A DNA stretch of 63,295 nt, the filler included, from Asterionella formosa (Eukaryota): the NCBI GenBank assembly GCA_002256025.1. It is 5 parts of 5 records of this genome, joined end to end, with 100 filler letters (N's around TTAATTAATTAA, not from the genome) between each part and the next. Parts side by side here need not be neighbours in the genome. Positions count along the whole stretch, not along the records: positions 25,388 to 37,964 come from NKIB01007411.1; positions 38,065 to 50,639 come from NKIB01007418.1; 3 more parts are not named here. The stretch is one strand, 5' to 3'. A program made the translations under genes and the position numbers. Below are positions 26,351-38,700 of the stretch, piece by piece; position 1 is the first letter of the stretch, and the number at the start of each line of letters is the position of its first letter. The notes beneath the pieces were generated by a model. It was not told the origin of the DNA and did not search any database. It was given only the letters and a program-made list of their open reading frames with translations.

Positions 26351-27070
26351 GGTTCATCATGGCCCTAATTATTATGAGTCATTGCGACGCCTACTTGTAC
26401 CAGCTTTTGGAGCACATGCTCTTCTAGTACAGGTTCTTTATAGCACAGGCTGTTTTAGTACAGGTTCTTTTAAGCCCAGGCTTTTTAAGCAATTCATCAT
26501 GGCCATAATTTTCATGGGCAATAATGATGCCAACTTGCACCAGCTTCTGGAGCACAGGCTCTTTTAGTACAGGTTCTTTACACTCAGGCTCTTTCAGTAC
26601 AGGTTCTTTAAGCACAGGCTTTTTAATCAATTCATCATGGCCCTGATTATAATGGGCATAATGATGCCTACCTGGACCAGCTTTTGGAGCCCAGGCTCTT
26701 GTGGTACAGATTCTTTAAACACTTTCATTTTAATCAATTCATAAATTCTTTAAACACTTTCATTTTAATCAATTCATAATGGCCCTAATTATCATGGGCC
26801 ATACTGACGCCTACTTGCACCAGCTTTTCCAGCACAGGCTCTTTTGGTACAGGTACAGGCTTTTTAATCAATTCATCATGGCCCTTTATATCATGGGCCA
26901 TAATGATGCCTATGACGCCTACTTGCACCAGCTTTTCGAGCACAGGCTCTTTTGGTACAGGTCAATTCATCATGGCCCTTAATATCATGGGCCATAATGA
27001 TGCCTACCTGCACCAGCTGTTGGAGCACATGCTCTTTTAGTACAGGTTCTTTAAGCACAGGCTTTTTAGT
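26351..27070. repeat. Hierarchical tandem repeat: about six ~95-140 bp units built from 15-bp subunits
   Basis: Repeated TTCATCATGGCCC...GCCTACTTGCACCAGCTTTT...GCACAGGCTCTTTTAGTACAGGTTCTTTAA. The minus strand reads KEPVLKEPVLQKLVQVGIIMAH. Confidence 0.85.
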
Positions 27071-27122
27071 CAAGGGAAACCCTGTTTCGCAACTGGCATA
27101 AAAATCAACTACAGTCAACCTA

Positions 27123-28460
27123 CCGTAGAACCCAATGTACACAGCCACTATTGATTTTATTTAGAGGGGGATACAACACACCAGGCCATTTTTGATTGCC
27201 AAACATGATGAGGAAACCAATTTCTCCACCCACCATTTTCTCCATACCAGTAGTCAAACGTTAAAAGATGTATTGTTTTAGGTTCAAACGGCTTCGAGGA
27301 TCAATCGAATTTCGATTTACTGGTGCTCCCAAATTTCAAGATGGCTGCAATAGTAATTTCTTTGTGTGTATACTTTTGTACCTGATTCTATGCTAGTAAT
27401 AATTTGTGTAGAGTCTACAGTTTTAATCTTGATAGAAATTGAGGTCAACCAAATCATTTTTTCAGTACCGATATCGTAAATATTAAAAATCAAGAAATAT
27501 CTCTGCATCAGGCAGAAGAAAAATATTGTTGCAGAAGCATACAGCAAGCCCAACAATATCAAGGCAACCGCCAGAGCATATACAGTTCAGCCACAGCAGA
27601 TCCAGAGCTGGATCCATCTGTGGTGCTAGCTGAGATTGGTGCTAGCTGAGATTTGTGCCCTGCAGGAGAAAGTGCTGCTAGCTTTGAAGGCTTGAAGTTT
27701 TTTGACCATTTGCGGTGTCAAGATTGGACCTGAATGACTAGGATGCTTAGTGTTGAACTCAAGAGGCAACCTGGGAATGAAAATGTGTCTCTGAAGGCAC
27801 TTGAAAAACGGATCAAGCAATGCCCAAAATACAAGGCTGGATGAGGAGAAGATTCAGGATTTCAAATTGCTGCATTCGAATTTCCTGCTGGAAACATTGT
27901 CAATATTGATGAGACAAACATCAACTTTGACATTTTTGGATCAACAAGCAACTTTGGCAAACCATGGCAAAAGGACCATTGGTGGGCTTTGAACCACAGG
28001 GAATTCAAATCGCTGCACTGTGCTGTCAGGTGTCACCATTAGGGGTGAGAAGTTGCCACCATGCATTGTATTCACAGGAACAAGGGATGGTTGTATTGTC
28101 AGGTAATTGGGATTTCTAGACAACAATAAAGAAGCAACTTTTTCCGGTCAGTATTAAGTATTCTTGTCAACCCAAAGCTTGGGTTGATACAGACATATAT
28201 TAAATATGGATCGAAAAAGTTTGGCACCCATTTGCTTTGGGAAAAGTAGGCAAGCCTACTCACCTCATCATGGATGATTTTACTGTCCACAAGGTAGGAC
28301 GTTGTGTCGATGCAATTAAAAATTGCGTTACTGAGGTTGATTATGTCCTCCCAGGCTACACATATAGACTTAAAGTGTTGGATGTTGGAGTGAATAAGCC
28401 CTTCAAGGATTGCATGCGGGGATAATGGGAAGACCACATGATATAATGAAACAGGAATCA
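27123..28460 (+). mobile_element. pogo-like (DDE_1) transposon remnant
   Basis: IVNIDETNI, RCTVL.GVT..GEKLP..IVF.G, LIMDDFTVH and LPGYT..L.VLDVGVNKPFKD motifs with frameshifts. Candidate TA|CCGTAG left end at 27121-27128. Confidence 0.85.
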
Positions 28461-28702
28461 AGGAAGATCAACAGTGTCGATGAACAAGAGTAGTACAAGG
28501 GAGGGGGTGAGTCCAATAACTAACCTGACAAGCTCAAAAGGAGTTTGGAAGGTGTGTTTGTCAAAAGAGTGATTAGAGTTGTTTAACCGGACTAGAATAA
28601 CGAGTCACACAAGTACACAAGACAAACAGATAGATCAGCAGGACAGACTAGTGATTTACAAAGGGGAGTATGGGGAGTATGAATGGGCTATAAAACAGAT
28701 AA

Positions 28703-29290
28703 TCATTTAACAGCTGTAACATTGATCATAACTACTCCACCAGAATAGGCAAGACGGTCGAAAACCGCCCCTCCAAAATTTGAATTGGCAAATTCTTTGG
28801 TGATTGGAGCTAAACCTTGGCTAGCTTGTTTCACACCCGAAAAATGCTTTTGTTCCTGCACAAGGTGAGGCATGGTGATTGCATGAACATGATGAGTTTG
28901 AATCACTCCACCAATAGTCGGCTTACTAGGAATGTGCCAAAAATATTTATTCTTTGTCAAGCTGACGAGCTTCAACACTATAGACAGAGAGTTGGCCTAA
29001 TCACGGAGCTGCTTGGCTGGTGTGGGCAATAGAAATAACTGAACCATGAGAGGAAGATCAGGATAGCGATAAAGATATTTGGAAATTTGAAGGAGTCCCT
29101 CAAAGTGTAACATCCCAAAAGAATTTTGATATTGAGCAAGATGTTGAACTGCAGTTTGAATATCCAATCTAGTCCATTGATAGAGATGTTGAAGCTGCCC
29201 CAACAGTGTGCGATATTCAAATCCATATGCTTTGATGGCTGTTTTCATCTCGAGGCTGGAATATTGCTGCCTGAGGTGAACCAGAGGTGA
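28703..29290 (-). mobile_element. Ty1/copia RT/RNase H remnant
   Basis: YRTLLGQLQHL..WTRLDIQTAV..LAQY...KYL and NFGGA..DR.AYSGGVVM motifs. Confidence 0.75.
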
Positions 29291-30384
29291 CTTCATCCAT
29301 TAAGGGCCATCCAGAGGAGGAGGCCTGAACCAGCCATTGCTCCCATTATCTTCAAGACGTTCAATGGGACCTGTTAGGAGGACGTTTAGGGAGATATAAT
29401 AGGATACAATCAGATGCCAGAGGTGGGAGGAATCATCCAATGCCTGATAATCAAAATTATGATTTGACTTGGCAAGAGAATCAGCAGTAGGATTTCCAGT
29501 GTTGGTTGTCAATGCCTGGTTTGAATGCTGTCTCAAAACAATCTGGTCATACACCAAATTCTTCCAAAACTGTCAGGGGCAAAGAGGAAAGTGTCTACAC
29601 TGCCAGTCTTTGTATCATTGTTAATGAGAGTGCAGAGCTGCGCAAGAAAGAGATTGTTGATAGGGTCACCATTGGGACCATTTTAAAACTGTTCAATGCA
29701 GTCTTGATGTCCCTGGGATCATCTGAGCAGATCTGGTATGATGATGGAGACCGCATCGGTTTCATAAGTCGCAGATTAACCTGAAAGGGGTCCGACATAT
29801 TTTTAAAAAAGTACTGTTTACGCCCCCCCCCCCACGGTTGCTGGACCCCCGTACAACACCCAATAATTTTCTTCTCATAGACAATTTAACGTCATGCCAT
29901 CATTCTTTTGGTCCTCGGTGGCACTAGTATTTTTTTAAGCTATCATGGTGCGATTCTTTTGTACATATAAACACAAGCAAAGACAGGTAGTGGTTGTGAG
30001 CAGCTGGAGAATCTTTCATCATGTTGTTGCAACCTTGACCATGACGAAAATACAAATTATCTCAACTAAAAATTGAGAACGAAACTAACGTATGAGTAGG
30101 ATTAACGTACGAATAAAGATTGATTCATGTTCATGACTAGACTAAAAGGATCATGACTGAACTGATTTTGTAGATACAATCAAGATTCATTCGACTTGTC
30201 GGTTTCAACTGCTTGCCCCCAATTATTGTCATGAAATTTTACAAGGATGGAATATACCGGTATACTATGTTGTAGTGATTAAGCCACTTAGTATTTTAAT
30301 AGAAATGAGATGAAATTAGACATTTGAAGGAGGAAATGCATGCTTGGCTATGAAGTACAACTGCTGCGAGAAAAATTTTCTTAA

Positions 30385-31565
30385 GGTTCCTGCATTTGAA
30401 CCCCTAGGCAAAAATTAAAATATTGTTTAGGGTTGCCGAAATTCCCTGGAACTAAGAACTTTTATGTGCTAATTTGAATATGAATGTTTCCGTTTAAAAA
30501 ATTCAAATGAGTGGAAATTTGCGCGTACGTATATAGATTCCATTTCAAATGCATAAAATATGTATAGATAGATTCTACATCGCTGAATGTTTTATATTGC
30601 TACTCTACCGAAAGTATACCTACTCTTATCATAAATATGTTTCACATGCACGACCCGGCGGCTGCAAAATATATTTGAATGTGCAAACTATCGGTACTAA
30701 GGTACTGGTTAGCGTGCACTACCATATACTATGACGAATGATGATCAGCTAACCGGTAGGTCTACCCGGTACTCGGTATTCCTACTCCGTACGGATTCCG
30801 GTATACGGGTAAACCTACCCGGTACTCGATATTCCCACTCCGTACGCATACCGGTATACGGGTAGGATCGGCCAACACCCAAGAAAATGGTTCATGTGTA
30901 TCCAGTGTGGCCGGCGTGGGATTGCACAACCTCGCAAACCGTGCCAATCGAACGGATATAAGGATAACTAATCAGAATATGATTATTACAGCGGGCAATT
31001 ACATTGGAACTTTTTGTACACGAGATTTTACGACTACAAATTTTAGCACAAGACTACCATTCCGATGATGACGTTTCGGCGATTAGTGATTCTGATTCCG
31101 ACGTTTGGGTGACCGTTGAAAAGGCCGATATTGTCGAATTTTTGGACGACGATAGCTCAACGTTGGCAGGGTTTGAAGAAGAGTTAAGTACATAGGTAAT
31201 CTTCATATAGCCCCAGAAGTTAACTTTCGGCGAGAAACTGCAGAAAGGAACTTCGGTTTTTTTTCTAGGCCAAATAAACGAGTTAGCCCGGTAAAATCCA
31301 CTATTTTCAGCATAGTTAAAAAACCGAAGTTCCTTTCTGCAGTTTCTCGCCAGATCCTATATCCTGACGATATATAGCGTTGACCTATACCCCTACTTTG
31401 ATAAATGACTGTATTTAAGCATGTGGAAAGGGTGTGTATTGGTGAAAGCTCCGTTTAGCGATATACATTTACGTTTTACTCGTAAGAAGTCTATGTTTGA
31501 CTAGTCTGACTTAATATTATTATTTTTTTAACCTACCTCGAGCTAGGGGTTCAAATGCAGGAACC
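30385..31565. mobile_element. Non-autonomous TIR DNA transposon, Kolobok-like (1181 bp)
   Basis: Perfect 23-bp TIRs GGTTCCTGCATTTGAACCCCTAG (30385-30407 and 31543-31565), with TTAA on both sides. Confidence 0.85.
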
Positions 31566-31844
31566 TTAAATTAATTAATCTACTTAATTACATAAAACTC
31601 TTAAACTTGTCAAAATCCAGAGCGAAGAAACCCTTACTGTATCAAAACGTGCTTACAACATCAAAAGTTTGGTATCGGCAAAAATTTGATGGTTTACAAA
31701 CTGCAAATCACAGCCATGACCTTATAAAGCAAAACCACGATGCCCGGTACAAATGGTTTGTATAGTTTTCAAACATTATTGCTGGATAAATCACATGGCT
31801 TTGCCTATCTGCAAACCCTTCCCTCTTTCGGAATGACTTCAGTG

Positions 31845-34000
31845 CTAGAAAAGCTCGGATATTTCGAGGCTCGCTCTTGTTAAGTCGGCAAGAGGCAGAT
31901 TCAGACTGGGAGGAGGATGTTGTTTCACTAGATTGTGACACAGAACCGACATCATCTCCATTAATCCCTTTGTCAATGGGTTGATTTGGCATAGCATAGT
32001 TATTTCTTCTGGCCGGCAGGGATTTAGGAAAAAGAAATTCTCAATATCTTCGTTGCAATTGTATTTGAGACGACTTTCTCGATCTGGTGATGAGGAAATA
32101 GGAAGCTGTTGTGGTGTTGACATCACTACCATGTTGGAGCTTGGAATAGGATTAGGATTGTCTAACCTCATCGAATTGCGCCTGAAAGACCTTCCAAAGA
32201 AGCCACGATTGGAGAGCCCATTCATGTTCGAACTACTTCTCGCCGTGCTCTTGGGCTGCTTTACAGCACTTGACATTGCGGCTTTCACAATATTCTTTCG
32301 AAATGACTACAGCTCACGAAAGGTTCGGTTGCAAGGTTCACTCTTCTTCTTCCTTTCAAATGCCACAGAACTTGGTAGCAAGCCATCCGAACCACTGATT
32401 GTGTTCTCTGCTCCTTCCTGTACTGACTCTTTGCCCGATATCGTGGTTGCAGTCACTGTTTGCGCAAAAACCACCCACGGCAAATGATCATTGCTGATGT
32501 TTCCTTGCTGCGATTCCTGATAGACAATTTCAACATCATGGGAAGGTGTCGACTCACTTGAGTCGCCTGGAGTTTCACTTTCAGCTGCTGGCTCATGACT
32601 GGTTGCTTTTGCCACTTCCGACGAAGAAGCAGCAATTTGCTTCGAAATGGGAATATTCACATTGCCCGGGGTAATGGCTTGCTGTTGATTTGAGATTCCG
32701 TTCGAGTTCACATGCTCATTTTGAACACTGAGGACGTCCCTTTTCGGCGATCTTTGTTTCTGTGTAATATTAGCTGAACGCGAAGGTCTAAAATTCTTTC
32801 TTCCTTGTTTCACCTTTGTCTTGAATAATATTCTCCGCACCATTTGTGACCACGTACGTGGAAGTTTCCGTGGCTTGATTGATCGACACTTCTTGCTCTT
32901 TTGAGGAACCACAGGGTAAGAGCAATCGAATTGTGATGCGAGGTCAATTAGAAGTGAATTAAACTCATCCCACATGTATCCTGAACTTTTATTCGTGTTT
33001 GATCGCGAAACCTTTGTCTTCCTCGTAGTATCGTCCACTTCAGTAATATCACAGAGTGAAGGGACCATGGACTGGAAAGGGTAGATAAGGTCACTGAACA
33101 AGGAATTCCAAGCTAACCGATCTTGGTCCCGCGACAAATAATGTACTGAGCTTGGCCTCTCCTTGGGACTATTTCTCCACCACGACGCTCTGTGCAATAA
33201 AGATTTACTGGTGTCGAATGTCCCCAATGAAGCATCTGAGACGGATTCGTCAGATTGTAAAGTCTTTTCTTTCCATGGCGACTCGGGGTTTACAACGGAG
33301 ATTTTGGAGGCCTTGCGAATCTGCAATTACGAAACTTGTGTCAGACCCGTCTAGTGCCATTTCGTTGCGGAGATCATGTTCAGCAGCGTTCAATTTGCCC
33401 ATAACATTTTGCAAAGCTCCAATTACGTGTTCCCTTGAGACTCGCTTTTCTTAGTTGGTAGCTCTCTCAAGTGACTGCATTTGTTGCAATGTGGCTGTCA
33501 CATCATTCACAACATCCCCGGCGAGTGAGTTTTGCTCTGATTGTTCCATTCTCGGCACAGTGCGATCCAAGGACGAGGATCGAATGTTCCCGAAAAAGTG
33601 CTTTTTCCTTGCAACTTTGGATGGAACACGTGAGAGAGACTTGCTTCGTGAAGTTCCATGTTGCAAGTGACTCAAGGTAGACGAGCAAGCAAGAGGCCAA
33701 TCTGATGAGAGCAGATGTGCCTTTGATTGGAGTAGAGACTCATCAAAAGGTCCGCTTGTATTTGACATTCTCGTACGTTCTATTGGAACAACATCGTCGC
33801 TATCGACGACGTCCAATCGAATTGGATCTTCGTCCTTTGCGGGTGCTACCCACGTCAACCTCAGCTGATGGAGGAGCCGTCGATGGCTCAGGTACCAAAC
33901 TGGTCTCGACAATCATTGGTGACTCAGTGATCAAGATATCCTTGGATACATTCGTAGGATGCACTACCCTTCCGAAACTCGTAGTGTGAGAATTATGCAT
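31845..34000 (-). pseudogene. Disrupted Ser-rich hypothetical protein gene
   Basis: Four consecutive coding-like ORFs (34000-33800, 33912-33451, 33326-32307, 32288-31845) separated by frameshifts or single stops. No domain recognised. Confidence 0.55.
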
Positions 34001-34340
34001 TTATCATGTGCCCTTGCTCCCTGGTGCCAGGGGGTGCAGTGTCATTGGGTATTCAAATGTTTGACGTAAGTGTGATGGTAAGGCTCTGGTATTAAAGTAT
34101 CTGATGGGTTTCCGGGTCCCCCTTTCATTTTTGTATTGACGATTCGATTTGTAACTTGCTGTCGGATTGGGTCCAAGCAAATGTGGTTGGGTCTCTTTTG
34201 GCAGTTGGTTGATGGCGAGTCATGCTGCGGTGTAGTGATTCTTCTATTGGCATAATAAGGGTTTTTGGGCAATGTGTTCATTCCACAGTCAGGTATATCT
34301 GAATGATGAGGGTCTTCTCGTCCTGCTGCTGTTTGGTGCA

Positions 34341-36870
34341 TGTTGGACAGGCTAGCGTGCTATTGCAGACAATGCCTACTAATGATTATGAGACATATAA
34401 TTGAAACTAGACTAATCTGTTATTGATTTGTGTCTTACTTTGGTTATTGTCAAACTGCATTTATTTGTCTGAATATCTGCTGGTTTCCCTCACGCTTCCC
34501 CTGCGCAACACGACAACCATTGTATTGTAGACTATCGTCTATCATTCTTCGTCGATACTCTCGACTCCGTGGTCTAGAACCTAACATCATGGCTCAAGCT
34601 CCCAGCGCCCATGCGGCTTTCGTCTTTGCTCTAACCCCAGCTCTCGCAAATCCTGATCCCGTTGATTACAACTCAAATGAAGGGATGAAATTGTACAAGT
34701 CTGCAACCGAAAAACTCAATCATCCCTTCGATGGTGAAACTGGAAGCTTCCGCCTTTTCCTTCAAGCCTTGCAGCAACGAGCCGACGCATTTGGATGGGC
34801 CTCCATCCTCACGGTCCCTGATGATCACAACGTTGGGCGAAACCTGATCACCGAATATGGAAGGGTCACCATGGCAAATGTGGTTGCTCACGCAGCCACA
34901 CATGTTCATTCCCAGATGCGTGACGCACAGAACAGTGCGCAGTTGTTTACGTGCATTTATGACTCGCTTTCCATGGAGGCCCTGCTCAAGGTCTCTACAG
35001 ACTCAGCTGCCTATCGTCTTTCGTCACCTACAGCCCCTACATACGTGGTGGCAAGTGGTGCTGCATTCTTGAAACTTCTCATTACGAGATGCATGGTCGA
35101 TACACGATCCATGTTATCAGTGGACTGCAACATTGAGATGTTTAACCTCCATGTTCGTGTGCAACGTGACGCGCTTATGTCTCGAGGGGAAACTTCTTCT
35201 GACCTACTGACAAATCTTTTTACAGCATACGAGGCTGTGGAGGATAAAGTGTTTCATGATTACATGATTGGTCAGCAGGATCAGTATCACGATGGACAGG
35301 TGGATTTTGATGTGGATTCGTTGATGGACCTGGCCCTAAATAAATATAAGATGCTCGTGGAGTCTAAGAAGTGGAATTTACCATCTGCTAAAGATGCTAA
35401 GTTGGAGGCACAGATTGTCGCACTCACAGCGAAACTGAAATATTTCAAGACCAACAAGCCTGTGAAGGACAACAAGAATGACAAAAAGGAACGTGCTCGC
35501 AAGGCTAAACTGGCTAAGAAATGGGCCTGGAAATTAGTGCCGCCAAAGGAGAATGATGGGAAGACCAAGACAGTGGACACCAAGGAGTATCATTGGTGCA
35601 CCAACCATGTATTGTGGACAATGCATTCCGCCAAAGAGTGCAACCTCAATGTAGCAAATACTCCTACTGTTACTAAAGGTACCAAGAAACCACAGGGGAA
35701 AGCCACTGATGCCATTTCCCTATCGAACGCTCTGGCCAGTATCATGGAAGGGCGCGATGATGATGAAGACTCCAACCAGGGGGAAGATGAGACATCTGTG
35801 AGTGGCTAGGGAAGTGGCCGGGGAGTGATGACCGATATATATACTAGCCTACTTAGCTATCTGTGGTTATGTCAATTCATTCTCTGTGGGCCAACCTACA
35901 TCAATTTTGTGTCAAGTTATATTTGCGCATCTACGGAAGCACTCATTTGGTTGCTCTGGGTATCGTCACTATTGTTGGTACTAGCCTTGTTGTGTGTGGC
36001 AGACCCTGGAGATCAGCAACGCCAGCATTTTTATGTTCCCAAGCCCAAACGCTTAAAAATAATTTGGTACCTAGATAAGGGAGTCACTCTCATGCGAGGT
36101 GAAATCAGGACATTCTTGAATATGTTAGAAAATTCTTTGAGTGGATCCAGTGTCCGCAGGCGGATCTCATGTAGGACCCATCAAACCGGTGCCCATCGAG
36201 GTGGTACCGCCATCTGAGTGCTGGACACATCCCCGCTACTATACTCCTACGTCACGATCTCCTCTGGAGCTACGATAGGCATTGGCATGTCCACTACTGT
36301 GTCGCCAGCTGGCCGAATTGCACCACCCTAGCTATGATTCAGACAGCTACCTACTTATGATTGACAACTGCTGCTCCAAGTGTGTAACCAACTGCTGCGC
36401 GGATTTTGTGGGAGAGCCCTTCCCGGTCCAAGCCAATATAAATGGTGTGGGCGGTCCCATCCCGGTGCTTCTCAAAGGCACGGTGAAGTGGCGCATAGAG
36501 GACAACCTGGGGCGTATTCACATTTTTCGTATTCCAGGAACTTATTTTGCCCCGGCGGCCCCTTTTAGAATGTTTTCTCCCCAACATTGGAGTCAGGAGA
36601 ATAATAAGGGCCTTAAGCAAGGCCTTAAGGGAGCATGGTGCGCCACCTACGAGGACAGGGTAACTCTCCACTGGGGTAATGATAAATATGTACGATCTAT
36701 CTGGTTAGACCCAAGCACAAATGTGGCAACTGTACAGACTGCACCAGGGTTCACCAGATATCAGATCTATGAGGCAATTATGGGATCAACAAATGAACAC
36801 AAGGTAGATCTGAAATGTTTTAATGTTAACACTGTCACCGATGATGAATGCTCAGACTGTGAGGAGGATG
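34341..36870 (+). mobile_element. 5' part of a CoDi-type copia LTR retrotransposon (putative LTR 34341-34510, gag, extra ORF, protease)
   Basis: A 170-bp TGTTG...CAACA segment precedes gag; the pol fragment has the protease motif LMIDNCCSKC. Truncated near 36870. Confidence 0.8.
34589..35809 (+). CDS. Gag polyprotein of the CoDi-like retrotransposon
   Basis: FALTPALA...DY...G.KLYK.ATEKL N-terminus, LITEYG.VT, and YHWCTNH..WTMHSAKEC zinc knuckle. Confidence 0.85.
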   Translation: MAQAPSAHAAFVFALTPALANPDPVDYNSNEGMKLYKSATEKLNHPFDGETGSFRLFLQALQQRADAFGWASILTVPDDHNVGRNLITEYGRVTMANVVAHAATHVHSQMRDAQNSAQLFTCIYDSLSMEALLKVSTDSAAYRLSSPTAPTYVVASGAAFLKLLITRCMVDTRSMLSVDCNIEMFNLHVRVQRDALMSRGETSSDLLTNLFTAYEAVEDKVFHDYMIGQQDQYHDGQVDFDVDSLMDLALNKYKMLVESKKWNLPSAKDAKLEAQIVALTAKLKYFKTNKPVKDNKNDKKERARKAKLAKKWAWKLVPPKENDGKTKTVDTKEYHWCTNHVLWTMHSAKECNLNVANTPTVTKGTKKPQGKATDAISLSNALASIMEGRDDDEDSNQGEDETSVSG

Positions 36871-37129
36871 TTTGCATATTATTATGCTATATAAATCCTG
36901 TCTATTTCCGTTTAGACACTCCTCAGACTACAGTGCTATCGGCTACCTTACTACCGGCACATACACGGAAGACATGTTTTCACTATGCCACATGGGGAAA
37001 ATTTTCCAAGCCGGGAACCGGTACTCCAAGTACTGGTACTGGTAGCATCGCATCATTCAACAAGCAACTTTGTCACCATACATGACAGAAGCTGTGCTGC
37101 TATGATCAATGAGAATGTGCCAACACAAT

Positions 37130-37383
37130 GACACCAGTGACAGCTGTGGTTTTATCAAGTGTCCTGATTGGCTATAGTATAGGAAACAAGCTACAATATA
37201 TAAAAACTTGATCCGATTTTGGATGAATTGGATATGTCAGCATAAGAACTCCTGTAAATAAGGTTGATGATAAAACAATTAAATGCATCATGATTGGATA
37301 CTCTAAAAACCACTCAGGTGATACCTACCAACTCTTTAACCCTCTAACAAAGAAGGTCATTCAGAGCCGTGATGTAAAATGGA
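37130..37383 (+). mobile_element. Copia post-integrase fragment
   Basis: KVDDKTIKCIMIGYSKNHSGDTYQLFNP...RDVKW. Confidence 0.75.
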
Positions 37384-37964
37384 CAGTCAAAAATATTGGA
37401 ATCTAACCATAGGTAATTGAGACTTGTCAAGAGTCCAATCTCTGTGGGAAGTGTGCCAGTAAGTTCATTGTTGTACAAAAGTAGAGCATTGAGACTTGTC
37501 AAGTGTCCAATCTCTGTGGGAAGTGTGCCAGTAAGTTTATTGTTGTCCAATAAAATAGAATTGACACTTGTCAAGTGTCCAATCTCTGAGGGTAGTGTGC
37601 CATTGAAAGTATTGGAATCTAACCATAGAGATTGCAGACTTGTCAAGAGTCCAATCTCTGTAGGAAGTGCGCCAGTAAGTTCATTGTTGAACAAAAGTAG
37701 AGCATTGAGACTTGTCAAGTGTCCAATCTCTGTGGGTAGTGTGCCATTGAAAGTATTGACATGCAACCATAGAGATTGGAGACTTGTCAACGGTCCAATC
37801 TCTGTGGGTAGTGTGCCAGTAAGTTTATTGTTGTACAAAAGTAGCGCATTGAGACTTGTCAAGTGTCCAATCTCTGTGGGTAGTGTGCCAGTAAGTTTAT
37901 TGTTGTCCAATAAAATAGAATTGACACTTGTCAAGTGTCCAATCTCTGAGGGTAGTGTGCCATT
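37384..37964 (-). CDS. Plant-specific-type LRR array (24-aa/72-bp units), partial
   Basis: About eight LTSLxxLxLxxNxLTGTLPTEIGx repeats. The 5' end is in the gap; the 3' end runs into copia sequence. Confidence 0.85.
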
Positions 37965-38564
37965 NNNNNNNNNNNNNNNNNNNNNNNNNNNNNNNNNNNN
38001 NNNNNNNNTTAATTAATTAANNNNNNNNNNNNNNNNNNNNNNNNNNNNNNNNNNNNNNNNNNNNTACATTAAGCTCACTCTTTTATAAAAACAATTATTA
38101 GCAAACAAAGTAAAACAAACAAATTGTGTAGAAACATTTTTCTAGCAAATTTTACTGCGTGAGAGCTACAGATACGTAGCATCTACCAACTGTATACATA
38201 CATGAGATAATTAATAGGGCTGCGTGATCCATGATCGATGAACATATAGTACCGGTAGCTCTCGTAGGCCTTGAACAAATAATTATTTCCAAAAATATTC
38301 AAGATATTTTTGCACAATGATTCTCTTCTTGTGACGACCATCACCATGTTGATTGTGTTTGGTTGGTTCCCTTTGCTTCCCTTGAATGCCTTGTCTTTTG
38401 CGACATAGCATTAGGACCACAATCATAGCGCCAATCGGAATCCATACCACCAAACAGAAAAATAACATGCTATCACTGATGACATAAATGAGCGAACAAG
38501 TGCTAGTACCCTTGTTCAATGTCCTATGATCCCAATAGAATCATCATTTGCTCAAGAAAAGCAG

Positions 38565-38700
38565 CATCTGCAAATAGAAAGTATCATATTTATAAGATCA
38601 CAGGTATTGTAGGCTAACTGGCTCAGAAATTATTCTCCACCTGATACTTTTTTTGTTATATGTATGATAATTGCTTGGTGTACACTATAAAGTATGATGA
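38565..38700 (-). mobile_element. Right end of a diverged relative of the IS630/Tc1-like family
   Basis: CATCTGCAAATAGAAAGTATCAT...GGTATTGTAGGCTAACTGGCTCAG resembles the reverse complement of 45315-45377. Confidence 0.6.

Noticed and set aside
26351..27070. CRISPR-like appearance of the repeat array
   Set aside because: No unique spacers, no cas genes, and a eukaryotic context.
37417..38016. 199-aa plus-strand repetitive ORF (and 48854-49150)
   Set aside because: Antisense shadows of the LRR arrays.
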